Both the position numbers and the translations under genes were made by a program. Under the pieces are notes generated by a model. That model saw nothing but the letters and a program-made list of their open reading frames with translations, had not been told where the DNA came from and did not search any database. 64,000 bases of DNA from Leucoraja ocellata (lineage: Eukaryota), in contig JAWMAR010000054.1 in assembly GCA_036785375.1 (NCBI GenBank), positions 6,696,001-6,760,000 of the forward strand, read 5' to 3'. Positions 1 to 11,586 of the stretch are shown here, piece by piece; position 1 is the first letter of the stretch, and each line of letters starts with the position of its first letter.

Positions 1-644
1 AACCTCGCCCCTGCTCGCGGTCCCAACGCCGGACTGATCTTAATCGTCTGCTCCTGATCCCGTTTCCACTGTGTGTGTGTGTGTGTGTCCCGGTTGATCC
101 CAAATCCTCCCTGCTGATCCCAACCCCCCTTCCCTGCTGCAAACACCGGGGCAGATCTCGACCTCCTTGCCCAGTCCAGCCCAGCCCAGCTGATCCCGGT
201 CCCTCCCTCCTTCCCTGTTTCCCCGGCTGCTCCCGTCCCGATCCCTCGGCTCCGCTCCCAGTGCCAGAAAATCCTATCGCTTTCTCCTTCAGACTCGGTC
301 TCTTTCTCTCTCTCTCTCTCTGTGTGCTCGCTGGAGCCTAATTGGAGGCAGTCCCACCCCGGGCAGAGAGTTCCGCCCCTGCCCCTGTAGGGAGGGAGGT
401 GGGTGGGTGCAGCGGCTGCCTGTTGGCGGTTCCTCGCCTCCTGCCGGCGGCGGCTCGCGCTCGCTCTCGATCCTTCTCTCCGTCTCTCGCCCGCTCGCTC
501 CCACCCATGCGCGTGCGCGTGCGCGTCGGCTCGGGGTCGGCCGTTACTCCCCGAGGCTGCGCGAGCTCGAGCTCGTGCTCCCCCCGCCCAACCGTAACCA
601 ACCGCCCCTCGCTCCGTCCACCACACCCACCCACCCGACCCCCT

Positions 645-660
645 CTCTGGGACTTGTAGT
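645..660 (-). promoter_or_regulatory. ZNF143 (SBS/GFY-Staf) motif, leftward
   Basis: Reverse complement reads ACTACAAGTCCCAGAG, matching ACTACAnnTCCCAG. Confidence 0.7.
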
Positions 661-714
661 ATATTGACCCCCGCGCAGGCACCCCACTGAAGCGCAATGA
701 GCCAGTCCGACAGG

Positions 715-739
715 ACTACAATCCCCAGGATGCACCGCG
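715..739 (+). promoter_or_regulatory. ZNF143/THAP11 (GFY-Staf) motif, rightward
   Basis: ACTACAATCCCCAGGATGCACCGCG, a near-consensus ACTACAATTCCCAGAATGC motif. Confidence 0.8.
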
Positions 740-953
740 CGGCACATGCGCAGATTTCGCCCTTGCAGCGAGACATTCTTTTCGGGAGGTGGTAAGGAAA
801 CTAGTTGATTGGACATGGAGTTAATGAAGGCTGTCGTGCTTGGAGATGCGCGTCCCATGAACCACGACTCAGTATTATTTGTGTTTGAAATTCACAGTTC
901 AATATCTGTTCAATATCTGTTCTGCAGAGTTTTGGTGGCCACAATGCAGGAAG

Positions 954-1411
954 GAAACAGAAACTAGGTGCAGGAGGAGGACATTCGGCCCTTCGAGCCT
1001 GCACCATTCGCCATTCAATATGATCATGGCTGATCATCCAACTCAGTATCCCATCCCTGCCTTCTCTCCATACCCCCTGATCCCTTTAGACACAAAGGGC
1101 CACATCTAACTCCCTCTTAAATATAGCCAATGAACTGGCCTCAACTACCTTCTGTGGCAGAGAATTCCACAGATTCACCACTCTCTGTGTGAAAAATGTT
1201 TTTCTCATCTCGGTCCTAAAAGATTTCCCCCTTATCCTTAAACTGTGACCCCTTGTTCTGGACTTCCCCAACATCGGGAACAATCTTCCTGCATCTAGCC
1301 TGTCCAACCCCTTAAGAATTTTGTAAGTTTCTATAAGATCCCCCCTTAATCTTCTAAATTCTAGCGAGTACAAACCGAGTCTATCCAGTCTTTCTTCATA
1401 TGAAAGTCCTG
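954..1411 (-). mobile_element. HER1-like CR1 LINE 3' fragment
   Basis: Encodes CR1 ORF2 C-terminus [27 protein letters not shown]...FFTQRVVNLWNSLP plus 3' UTR; near-identical to copies at 10.5 and 55.1 kb. Confidence 0.9.
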
Positions 1412-2136
1412 AGGTGGTGTTACTATAGAGAGGTGTTACTATAGAGAGGGTGCAACAGAGGACCTCCTGGTTTAGAGGGCTGAGGTTACAAGGAGAGACT
1501 GGATAGCGTGGGGTTCTTTCCCACTGAAGATTGGGATTCATACAATTCTGTGGGGGCATATGTAGGATAAATTAATTATTCTTCCCAGAACAGAGGAGTC
1601 TAGAACTAGAGAGCACAAATTACAAGGTGAGGATAAATTTGAAAGGGGATCTGAAAGGAGCAACTTTTTACACACAAGATCTGGTGAACATTTGGAATAT
1701 GCTGCCAGAGGAGGCAGTAGAGGCAGATACAATTAAATATTTTTAAAAGGCATTTGGGGAAGTATTTGGATAGGAAAGAAAAAGAGGGACACTGGACTAA
1801 CATGGGAAAGTGGGATTACTGTAGATAGATAGGTTACTGTAGATTTGCATTCATGATGTGAGACTTAAGAGCAATTTCTATGTTGAACATTATGCAATTC
1901 TATGAATACAATTACAGTTGTGACTCAATAAATTGAAATATAAAGTTTCCAGTTTTGATAAGGTCAAGAATGAGGGGCCAAAGATGCAGTATTCAGAACT
2001 GTAGAACAGTTGTGGCACAGAAATAATGCATTCTTTCACGTGCATCCATCCTGTCCATAAGAGTAAAACCAACAAGCTCCATTCTCGTGTTCAAGTTTTG
2101 GGAAACGACGGGCAGGGTGTGAGGTTATTTTAGGAG

Positions 2137-2421
2137 TTTAAGGAGTAAGCCATTTAAAACAGAGACGAGGAAACACTTTTTCTCACAGAGAGTGGTGAGT
2201 CTGTGGAATTCTCTGCCTCAGAGGGCGGTGGAGGCAGGTTCTCCGGATGCTTTCAAGAGAGAGCTAGATAGGGCTCTTAATAATAATGGAGTCAGGGTAT
2301 ATGGGGAGAAGGCATGAGCGGGGAACTGATTGTGGATGATCAGCCATGATCACATTGAATGGCGGTGCTGGCTCGAAGGACCAAATGGCCTGCTCCTGCA
2401 CCTATTGTCTATTGTCTATTG
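2137..2421 (+). mobile_element. HER1-like CR1 3' fragment (CTATTGT-tailed subfamily)
   Basis: CR1 3' UTR ending GCTCCTGCACCTATTGTCTATTGTCTATTG; same family as 21880-22225 and 62278-62777. Confidence 0.85.
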
Positions 2422-3092
2422 TTAATGCTCCAGAAAGATTTGAGTCATGTTCAGATCTCAATTATGTTTGAGGAAGGAATGAAGTATGTGCTGCAGAGGA
2501 ACTTTGCCAGTGATTTTTTTGGCAGGAACCTCTACCTCCAGTCATCATTCAGCTTCATTAATGTTAAGTATGCAGAATAACTTTGAACAGCCAGTGAGTT
2601 TCACACAATTAGGATAAATTAAATAAAGTTTGGCAAATAGAAACCACCTCAATTTAAGTTTGAGCAGATATGTAATATGATTTTAGGAACAACAACTGGA
2701 ATTATATGGTATGTTTAATAAATGAAAATGTGATCAGATTCTTCACAGCAGCATTATAACCTGCAGATTAGTCAGTTAAAAAAGAGAAAGGGGGTTACCA
2801 ACACCTGCAAAAGAGAGAAAAGATTATGATTAAATAGTGGAGAGGAAGACGGGTTATGCAATAAGTCCATGGTTTTTAAAGATTAGGGTTTTTAAAGACT
2901 AGATGTGCGTCAATGGACTTCAATGATAAGACAAAGGAAGCTGACAATGTACAGCCTGTTGGAGAAGAGTAGTTTTCAGAAGGGGAGTTGGCTGATGAAA
3001 TTAAAGATTAAGAGGTATATGACTGAAAATCGGACCTATGATTGGAAGCCAAAATAGGTGTGAGTGATGGTAAATGAAGGTGCAAGATCCAG

Positions 3093-3525
3093 TTCCTCTT
3101 CTTTCGTGTCCTTGTGCTATATAGTGGCTCGCCACTGCTGTACACATCTTTGCGCTATTGGAGTATTAAGTGAAAGGTCTGCAGTGGTACATGGATTATC
3201 CAGCAATGGGCATTGCAGTACGTGTTGCATTGTCTGGGTCTGTGTGCCACAGTCACAGGTTGTTGTACCCTCCATGTAGCCCCATTTGTGCATTGTCACC
3301 CATGACCGCCCGATCCCGGTTCGCAGTCGGTTGAGACGTCTCCAGCCGGTGTTCATCAGCACCTGGTGGTAAGCGCTGGTGTGTGCCCATCTTGGTGGAA
3401 ATAGGGACAGTGGCTAGTCTGTTCTTCCACATCTGGAGGCAAGCTTCAGTCGGTGTTGTTTCCAATGGGATGACGCTGGTTAGGAGGCCCTTACAGGATT
3501 TTAACTGCCTAGGAGGGGGCACAAT
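3093..3525 (-). mobile_element. Vingi/Ingi-like LINE 3' fragment
   Basis: WRRLNRLRTGIGRS...CDCGTQTQTMQHVLQCP C-terminal CCHC knuckle, stop, then GGACACGAAAGAAGAGGAA tail. Confidence 0.7.
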
Positions 3526-3917
3526 CAGTGCAGCATCCAATTTGAAGTTTCCATGTTTCTTGTGATCTTATGAGCAATGAAATGTATTAAATAATGTTCT
3601 CATTCAGTCTACAATATTTATATATCAGCATATCTGTTTTACAGGGTTGTTGCTGGTGGCTTAATTTGCATTTGGGGAGAAAAAAAATCAAAAACAACCA
3701 GTACATTACAGTGCAGTATGGAACACCACAAACGTCCTTTTTTAAGTATTTGGTGGATATTAATTATTTATATGAATTTATTTTGTTATTAGTTATTGTA
3801 TATTTATTTGTGTGTTATTGCATTAATGGATCTGAAAAGCTGTAGCAAGTAAAAATATAATTGTTATGTTGCCAATACATATAATAATATAACTATTATA
3901 ATAAGGCCTGGCATCAT

Positions 3918-4048
3918 TCTGAAGAAGGGTCTCAACCTGAAACGTCACCCATTCCTTCTCTCCCGTGATGCTGCCTGTACCACTGGGTTACTCCAGCATC
4001 TTGTGTTTACCTTCGATTTAAACCATCATCTGCAGTTCTTTCCTACAC
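3918..4048 (+). repeat. Penelope-derived short terminal fragment with hammerhead-core-like motif
   Basis: CTGAAGAAGGGTCTCAACCTGAAACGTC...CATCTGCAGTTCTTTCCTACAC; matches the termini of the GIY-YIG elements at 38.2 and 58 kb. Confidence 0.7.
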
Positions 4049-5419
4049 ATATAATAATTAAACACTTTTGACTCTCTTGACCATGATTAAACAACAGCGT
4101 ATTTCTATACATGGCCCATGTGTAAGGTAAAACCTAATATGAATGACATCACCAAAATAAAACAATATAATACGCTCCCTTAATGTAGGAGATGCCACAA
4201 AACAATAGATGAGATAAAAGAATTGAGATGCCCTGCAGAGGGTATGGAAAACAGGAAAAAAAGTATAAGCAAGTAGTGACTACAAAGCTTAAGGTTTAAA
4301 AGCCTGGAGGTTGGTGTAGGGAAACGCCAGCCAAGTAGCTTACCACAGACTGCCAGGGCAGAGATCATGGCCAAGCGAGCATGATGCAATTCAAGTGTAT
4401 CCAGCAGATGGGGTGTGTCAATGAAATAATGCTATGTGAAGAGTATTAGCTGACATGTATGTGGACAGCAAAGGAAAGCACGTGTCACTGAAGCCTCATT
4501 ATACAAAACTATTTATTTTCAGTTTTCAGAATTCTTCACGTTAATAATGATTATAACAATGGTAGCTACAATAGATGAGCGTTATGCGCTGTGAAAGCCC
4601 GTTGTGCTCTTATTGTTTCCAGCCCCACTGGCATATGATTTTGATTTTCATTCTGATTCTTATCCAACTTGTGTTTGATTGCCAACAATATTTAAGAAGT
4701 CTGAGTAGGCAATGCTTTGAGATCACATTGCTTTTGACAGTGAAATACTTTATCCTTGCATCGCAGAAGGGAGGTGTTATTGGAATACTTTAGATGGTTT
4801 GACAATGGGGGAAGTGATTATGCCAAAACAGCATTTAAAAATATTTTCACACTTTGGACAACCACTATAAAATGATTTTTTTTTCTTACAATAGTAGATA
4901 AGGTTTGGAAATGGGCTTCTGGGAAAAAAATGTAAGTTTTGCTTTTGAATTATAAATTTGTATATGTATCTACCAATGAAGGAATGCAATCTCATTTAAA
5001 TATTAAGTGTATTATAGAGATCAACATGTATAAAAGCCCAAAACATAAAATCTGTCATGAGTTCTGGAAGTCACGGTCACTGGCCAGAAATTAAGATATC
5101 AAACAGTGGACATTAGCATAAAACTATCTAGTACTTGAAAGATGCAATAACTATTACTTCTTGTGTCGTGATGTTCAATAATTAATTAGAATTGTATAAA
5201 TTAGATAAGCTTTTCGGCTCTTAGAATTACCATCACACATTATACGAACAGACTAAAAATGGAAATGTATTATGGATGAGTTAATTCAGATTGCCAGTTT
5301 CATATAAAAATCATCCAAACCCAGTTATCTTATTCAGTGATGCAAATGTTCATGTATTTATGAAGAATAAAGTAGTAGAAAAAGGTTCAATTTCCATTAC
5401 AAATGAAAAGAAATGACCT

Positions 5420-5552
5420 TCTTGCATATGGTGTGCACAGCCTAAAGTTGTAGGACAACTTGTTCTAATTGATCTTATTTAATTGTGCACGCCAGGTTGA
5501 TTGCATTCCTTGAAACAGGGAGGACTACGTGAAGGTTGCAATCTCCCACCCC
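5420..5552 (-). mobile_element. Short non-autonomous retroelement with 5' HDV-like ribozyme fold (copy 1)
   Basis: Perfect 14-bp TSD AAAAGAAATGACCT (5406-5419, 5553-5566); homologous to 36747-36888; 3' end ...ATGCAAGA. Confidence 0.8.
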
Positions 5553-6464
5553 AAAAGAAATGACCTGAACAACTATTACTTAGTATTTACGTTAAGGAAA
5601 AGTGCTGTAGAGTTGCCGAAATATTCACATCTTTCTCCATCACAGTTCTAAATGGCTAAATCAGTGTCCTTTAACTACCTATTCTTTTTGGCATCTACCT
5701 TGTCCATTCTCTCTCTCGGAATCTTAAATATTTCAATTAGATAATTTCTTCAAAGTTCTAGCTTGAGCAAGCCAATCCTCATTTCCCATTCCTCGCTGTC
5801 CATTCCAGGATTCAATCTAGTGAATCAACGCTGCAATGCTTCCAGGATGAGCATGTTTTTTATTTTGAAAATGTATTGACATGAATTGTTAATAAAATTA
5901 TGCAAAGCATATATAGGGTAGACAGTCGGTATCTTTTTCCCAGGATCAAAAAATCAAATATTAGAGGGCACAGCTTTATGGTGGGAGGGGCAGAATTTAA
6001 AAGATGTGTGGGGCACATTTTTTTAAACAGGTAGTGGGTGCCTGGAATATGCTGCTGGGGTGGCGATTGAAGCAGATATGTTAATGGTATTTAAAAGAGT
6101 TTTGGATAGGTATAAGGATTATGCACGGAATGGATGTGGGTTATGTGCCAGCAGGTAAATAATGGTCTTGACATCATGTTCAGCACAGACATTGTCAGCG
6201 GAATGGCCTGTTCTTGTTTTGTACTGTTTTATGCTAAGTATATGTCCACGCACCCTATATTTTGAACATTTTCAGCAGTTTCTTAACTTCAAATGTCCAT
6301 TGCTTCCTAAACCTTGTAAAGAGTGCAAATACACCATTTCCCTTCCTAATTGCATGCTGTGTCTGCAAGTTAAATTTCTGCACTCCACGAACTAGCTTAG
6401 TCAGGTCCCACTACATCAATGTTTAATAGTATGTCACAATTTAAACATGTCATAAATTAAGCAC

Positions 6465-6660
6465 GTGGACTCCATTCAGTTCATTCCAGGCACAGGCTAC
6501 TCCACCGTGGAAAGCATCTACACAAGGCACTGTCTCAAAAAGGTAGTGTCTTTCACCATGGATCCCCATCATCTGGACGATGCCTTCTTACTGCTCCCAT
6601 CGGGCCGGAGGTACAGAAGCCCGAAGTTACACAAAACCAGGTTCAGGAACAGCCACTTAC
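6465..6660 (+). mobile_element. Degraded Rex1/Babar-like LINE 3' fragment
   Basis: IYTRHCLKKVVSFTMDPHH...LLPSGRRYRS...TRFRNSH, similar to the element at 58.8-60.3 kb. Confidence 0.65.
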
Positions 6661-6662
6661 CT

Positions 6663-6840
6663 CAGGGCTGCCAACTCTCATGCTTTGAGCGTGAGAATCA
6701 CGCCCTCAAGCAAACTCTCACGCTGATCAGAAATTTCTCACGCTCTGTGGTGAGAAATTCTGTGATCAACGAAAATTTCAAAATTCGAATAAACTGCATG
6801 GTCCGCGGGTGTTGGAGAGCCGGGGCCGAGGGTGTCCCAA
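6663..6840. mobile_element. Left end of a hAT-like non-autonomous DNA transposon (truncated)
   Basis: Begins CAGGGCTGCCAAC with subterminal CTCACGC/GCGTGAG repeats; no partner TIR found. Confidence 0.5.
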
Positions 6841-6946
6841 ATTTTGCTTCAGTTAATGTCATTAGATGAAATAGGCAAGGAAACCTCCAACCATGGATAA
6901 TACCTCCTCACCTACTGAATTAGTATTCTTCCAAGACAAACACCTA

Positions 6947-8510
6947 TTTTTTTTTAAAATTTCAAAATAAACTATTCAATTAATAAATATATACAATACA
7001 GGAACAGTGCAAAAAAAACCATCTGACATTCTCGGAGGCTACATATACATTTAATACTGTTTATACAAATTTATCATCCACACTTACCACTCATGTGGCC
7101 CACTGGTGTGGAATCCCTTCCCTTATTTCTGAGGGGGGGTCTCCACCACACCCTGACCCCCCCGCATGTCCAGCAGCGGAAGGACCTTAGACTGTGGTCC
7201 TCCCCCACAGAGCCTTGGCGTTGGCTGCACCAATCTTCATTGTGTCCCTCAGCAAGCTGCAGCGGGCCAGTCGGCAACATTACTGGAAGGACATATCGCT
7301 CCGCTGGGAGGATGACAAAGTTCGGGCAGACCAAAGGGCGTCTTTCACTGAGTTGATGACCTTCCACCAGCACTCAAAGTCAGTCTCTGAATGTGTCCCT
7401 GGGTACAGTTCGTAAATCACAGAGTCCTCTGTGACAGAGCTGTTCGGAATAAATCGTGACAGGAACCCTTGCAAACCTCTCCAGACTCGCTTTGCAAGTC
7501 CACACTCTGCAAAGAGGTGGGCAACCTTCTCCTCAGCAGCCCTCCCGAGGGCAACGTGTGCTGGTAGTGAGGTTCTGACGGTGCAGGAAGGATCTGCCAG
7601 GGCTTGGTGCTTGTTGGTGAGTTCTGGCGATGAGGCATTTCACCAGAAAAGCTAGGCAGTCTGCTCTGGGAACCGTGCCACAGGATCCATGGAGTCATTT
7701 CTCTGCAGTGCATGCAGGAATTACATGCTGACCACTGCCGGATGGACTTGTGGTCAAAGGCGTTGGTCCAGAAGAACTTCTCCACGTGTGACAGATGGGG
7801 CGGCAATGTCCAGCTGACTAGCACATTTCATGACATCTTGTCGGGCCCATCCTTTGCAACAACGGGGACAGGTAGAACCTCAGCAGGTAGTGCCACTTGG
7901 TGCCCACGGCTCTACGCTCCGCCTGATGCAGCCACACACAAAGGTGGCCATCAGGGTGAGGGCCAGGTTGGACACGCTTTTACCCCCCTTGTCTGCCGAC
8001 TTGTGCATTGTGGCCCATCGCACCCGGTCCATCCTCGACCCCCATATGAACTGGAAGACGGCCTGGGTGATCCCTGTGGTGTAGGAGGGAGGGTCAGGCC
8101 ACACTTGCGCCAAGTACAGCAGCCCCGAGTGTATCTCACACCTGATGACCACATTTGTTCCCGATATAGAGAGGGAGCGCTGCTTTCACAGCTCCAGTTT
8201 CTTCCCCACCATGCCTATTCGCTCCAGTCAATTGTCACACACCTCCGCCCCCCCCCCCCCCCCCTTCCCCCAAACCAGATCCCAGCACCTTCAAGAAGTC
8301 AGGCTCAATGGTAAAGGGAACGGAGATTGGTCAGGCCTGTTGTCAAAGAGCATGGCCTTGCTTTTCCAGCAGTTCACCATGGCTCCCGTGGCCGACTCAA
8401 ACTGGTCGCAGATGCTGATCAATCTGCAGACTGACCCTGGATCTGAGCAGAAGACGGCGACATCGTCCATGTACAGGGAGATTTTGACCTGAGTGCCCCC
8501 ACTACCTGGT
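6947..8510 (-). mobile_element. Tx1/L1-clade LINE, 5'-truncated and frameshifted
   Basis: RT motif QVKISLYMDDVAVF, VFQFIWGSRMDRVR...KGGKSV; poly(A) tail seen as the T-run at ~6947-6956. Confidence 0.8.
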
Positions 8511-8559
8511 TGCAAGAATTGTGCAGAGACTTCAAGAATCATAGGAATGGATGATCGGA

Positions 8560-8715
8560 GCCAACCATGTCATCTATGGGTGCCCACTCTACCACCCACC
8601 AAATGGTGCTCAGGGCCTGGCAGACATTGACGCAGAGACAACCTGGATGCTCAACACCCGGCTTGAGATCTAACTATTCCTTTGGTTTATGTTTCATCCG
8701 CAAGAAGAAGAAGAA
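8560..8715 (+). mobile_element. Vingi/Ingi-like LINE 3' end
   Basis: Reads ANHVIYGCPLYHPPNGAQGLADIDAETTWMLNTRLEI*, then a (GAA)n tail; 10-bp TSD GATGATCGGA (8550-8559, 8716-8725). Confidence 0.75.
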
Positions 8716-8759
8716 GATGATCGGATGTACTAGGGCAATCTGCTCCTTCTTCCTACTCT

Positions 8760-9770
8760 GCATTTCAGTAAGATTGTGGCTAATCTTTTACTTCTGTACT
8801 ACTAATCCCATAATTCCCTGAATGTCAAAGTATTTCATCTTGAACTTCCATAACTCTTGAGTAGAAAACTTTAAACATTTGCTAGATGGCTAACACATTA
8901 ATTTCAAACAAGATTGCTAGATGGCCAACACATTATTTTCAAGCAAGATACCCTTGTCAAGCCCTGAATTTTATACTTAAAGTGAAATTACCTCCCATTC
9001 TGTAAAACTCAAGAGAATTTCCCCAGTTTGTTTTATCTGTTCTCATTGGATCACGGGTGCCATCACTGGAATTAATCTGGTGAACCTTTGCTACACTCTC
9101 TCAATTGCAAGCATATTGTTTCTTAGCTTGGGAGATTGTACTGGCTAAGAATATTTTAGATGTAGTCTAATTGGATTAAGACCTGTATTCTTGCATTCAA
9201 ATCCTCTCACAGTGAAAGCCAACATACTGCTTGCCATCCAAATGAGCACTGTCAGTGATTCATGCAAATCGCTCAGAATACAAACACATTTTAATCTTTA
9301 GCCATTAAAAAAAACATTTTTTTGAACCAAAACTAATGACCTCACAATTTTTCATGTTATATACTATCTGCCATGCTTTTGCCCATTAATTTAACCTGCG
9401 TTAATTGCCAATGAGGTTTCCTGCATCCTCCTCACCAGCTACATATCGATCTACTCTTGCATCATCAGCAAACATGAATATATATTTGCACCCTTCATCC
9501 AAACTGTCAATGTAGATAGTGAACATTTTGGTACACAATCCCCAACCCAGCATCCCACTAGTTACAAATTAATTATTTTGATTTTTTCTTTTTAAATTAA
9601 TCCACAATCCATGCAGTATATTCCTAATACATTGTGCTTTGATTCTGATTAATAATCTCCTTTGGCATCTTACAGAAGACCTCAAACTGCAGACACCTTA
9701 CACCCAATGGTTTGCCCCCATCTTCTGGTTACAAACTTAAAATATCCAACAAATGTGTAAACTGCCATTG
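8760..9770 (-). mobile_element. Old, heavily degraded CR1 LINE
   Basis: Residual CR1 RT phrases on + strand (AATCTGGTGAACCTT, CATCATCAGCAAAC, CCACTAGTTAC). Confidence 0.6.
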
Positions 9771-10518
9771 TTTGTTTACTCTCATATCTTTAAATGTAGT
9801 TTTTAATTTATCCAGAGCTGACGGACATCACATGACTTTACTGTCCTTTGCTTCACTGTTATTCAAGATATTAGTTTCAGTTTGAACTAAATAATCGTGA
9901 AAGTAATATAACACTATCATTATTATCCTTGCCCCTCAGCTACCACATCATCAATTAACCTTTTCTCATTGCACAGTAGATGTAAAATAGCCTGTTCCCT
10001 CAGTTCCTCAACATGCTGATCTAGAAAACATTTTCTTATATCCTCCACACTATAATTTATAATTTCGTTTTGAGAGGGAGAGAGAGATAGAGAGACATAT
10101 GCTTAGTTACACAAGGGACCAAACCAGTCAAGTCACAAAGCATATGACTTGCAGATTGGGCCTGTGGGTGGTGGTGTGAGAATCAACAAGAGACTAATTT
10201 TATCATAGATGAATCTGTTTATATCACAATTGCTAAAAGTGGCTGCCACACAGTTTTTTTTTGCAAGGGCTAAATTGTTTCTTCACATAGAGAGACTCTG
10301 TTGTGTTTAACGGTACTACCATTGTGTTAAATGAGATATATTCAGAATAGACCCAGCAAGTCAAATTTCAAATCTCTGTGTTCAAATTTAAGTTGATGTG
10401 TAACAATTAATATTTGCGTCATACAAGTGCCAGAGAGTGTTATTCTATACATTATAATCGTCATCCAGGGGAACACAATTGACCAAATACTAATTTGCAC
10501 CTATGATATAGGTTACAT

Positions 10519-11158
10519 TAGAAACATAGAAACATAGAAAATAGGTGCAGGAGTAGGCCGTTTGGCCCTTCGAGCCTGCACCACCATTCAATATGATCAT
10601 GGCTGATCATCCAACTCAGTATCCTGTTCCTGCCTTCTCTCCATACCCCCTGATCCCATTAGCCACAAGGGCCACATCTAACTCCCTCTTAAATATAGCC
10701 AATGAACTGGCCTCAACCACCCTCTGTGGCAGAGAATTCCAGAGATTCACCACTCGCTGTGTGAAAAAGGTTTTCCTCACCTCGGTCCTAAAAGATTTCC
10801 CCCTTATCCTTAAACTGTGACCCCTTGTTCTGGACTTCCCCAACATCAGGAACAATCATCCTGCTTCAAGCCTGTCCAACCCCTTAAGAATTTTGTACGT
10901 TTCTATAAGATCCCCCCTCAATCTTCTAAATTCTAGCGAGTACAAACCGAGTCTATCCAGTCTATCTTCATATGAAAGTCCTGACATCCCAGGAATCAGT
11001 CTGGTGAACCTTCTCTGTACTCCCTCTATGGCAAGAATGTCTTTCCTCAGATTAGGAGACCAAAACTGTACGCAATACTCCAGGTGTGGTCTCACTAAGA
11101 CCCTGTACAACTGCAGTAGAACCTCCCTGCTCCTATACTCAAATCCTTTTGCTATGAA
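10519..11158 (-). mobile_element. HER1-like CR1 LINE 3' portion
   Basis: [19 protein letters not shown]...RGDLIETYK; tail visible as (AGAAACAT)n on + strand. Confidence 0.9.
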
Positions 11159-11586
11159 ACTCAAATCCTTTCGCTATGAAACTCACTAGATTACTAGAAA
11201 CTCACTAGATTACTAGAAGGACAGGTCTGATGTTTCATAGTTTGTAAATATATTTCATCACAGTCATTATGGGAAAAATGCCTACACACGATAGCTTCCT
11301 GCAGATATATTCACTTTTAAGAATGGTGATTAGTGTCTGTAATCTTGGACTCTGGCAGATCACAATATAGTGTTCCCACCTCTAGCTCGCTCTCTAGCTC
11401 CAGTGATGACCACGGACAGCTACAGCATAGTGCAAAAGAGTAACTTTAATAAACAGTTACAGTAAAAGACTTGTGTGTGCAGTAAGTCATTTTACATGGT
11501 GTCACAGCGGTAGACCTGCGTCTCCTGTTTATCGGTTTTTATTTTATTATTTCTTTCTCCTAGTCCTTCCCTCCGTTCGTTTTATC

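Larger units (their letters stand above)
1..860. promoter_or_regulatory. CpG island / probable bidirectional promoter with 5' UTR sequence
   Basis: GC- and CpG-rich block in otherwise AT-rich, CpG-depleted DNA. NRF1-like GCGCGTGCGC runs at ~508-524 and GCACATGCGCA at ~742-752. Candidate + strand donor G|GTAAGG at 791/792. Confidence 0.8.

Noticed and set aside
75-858. Many short overlapping ORFs in the GC-rich left end
   Set aside because: Expected from high GC content; no recognisable protein motifs.
11473-11586. ORF extension upstream of ATG 11587
   Set aside because: Starts at a GTG inside the LTR and crosses the PBS; an ORF-caller artefact.
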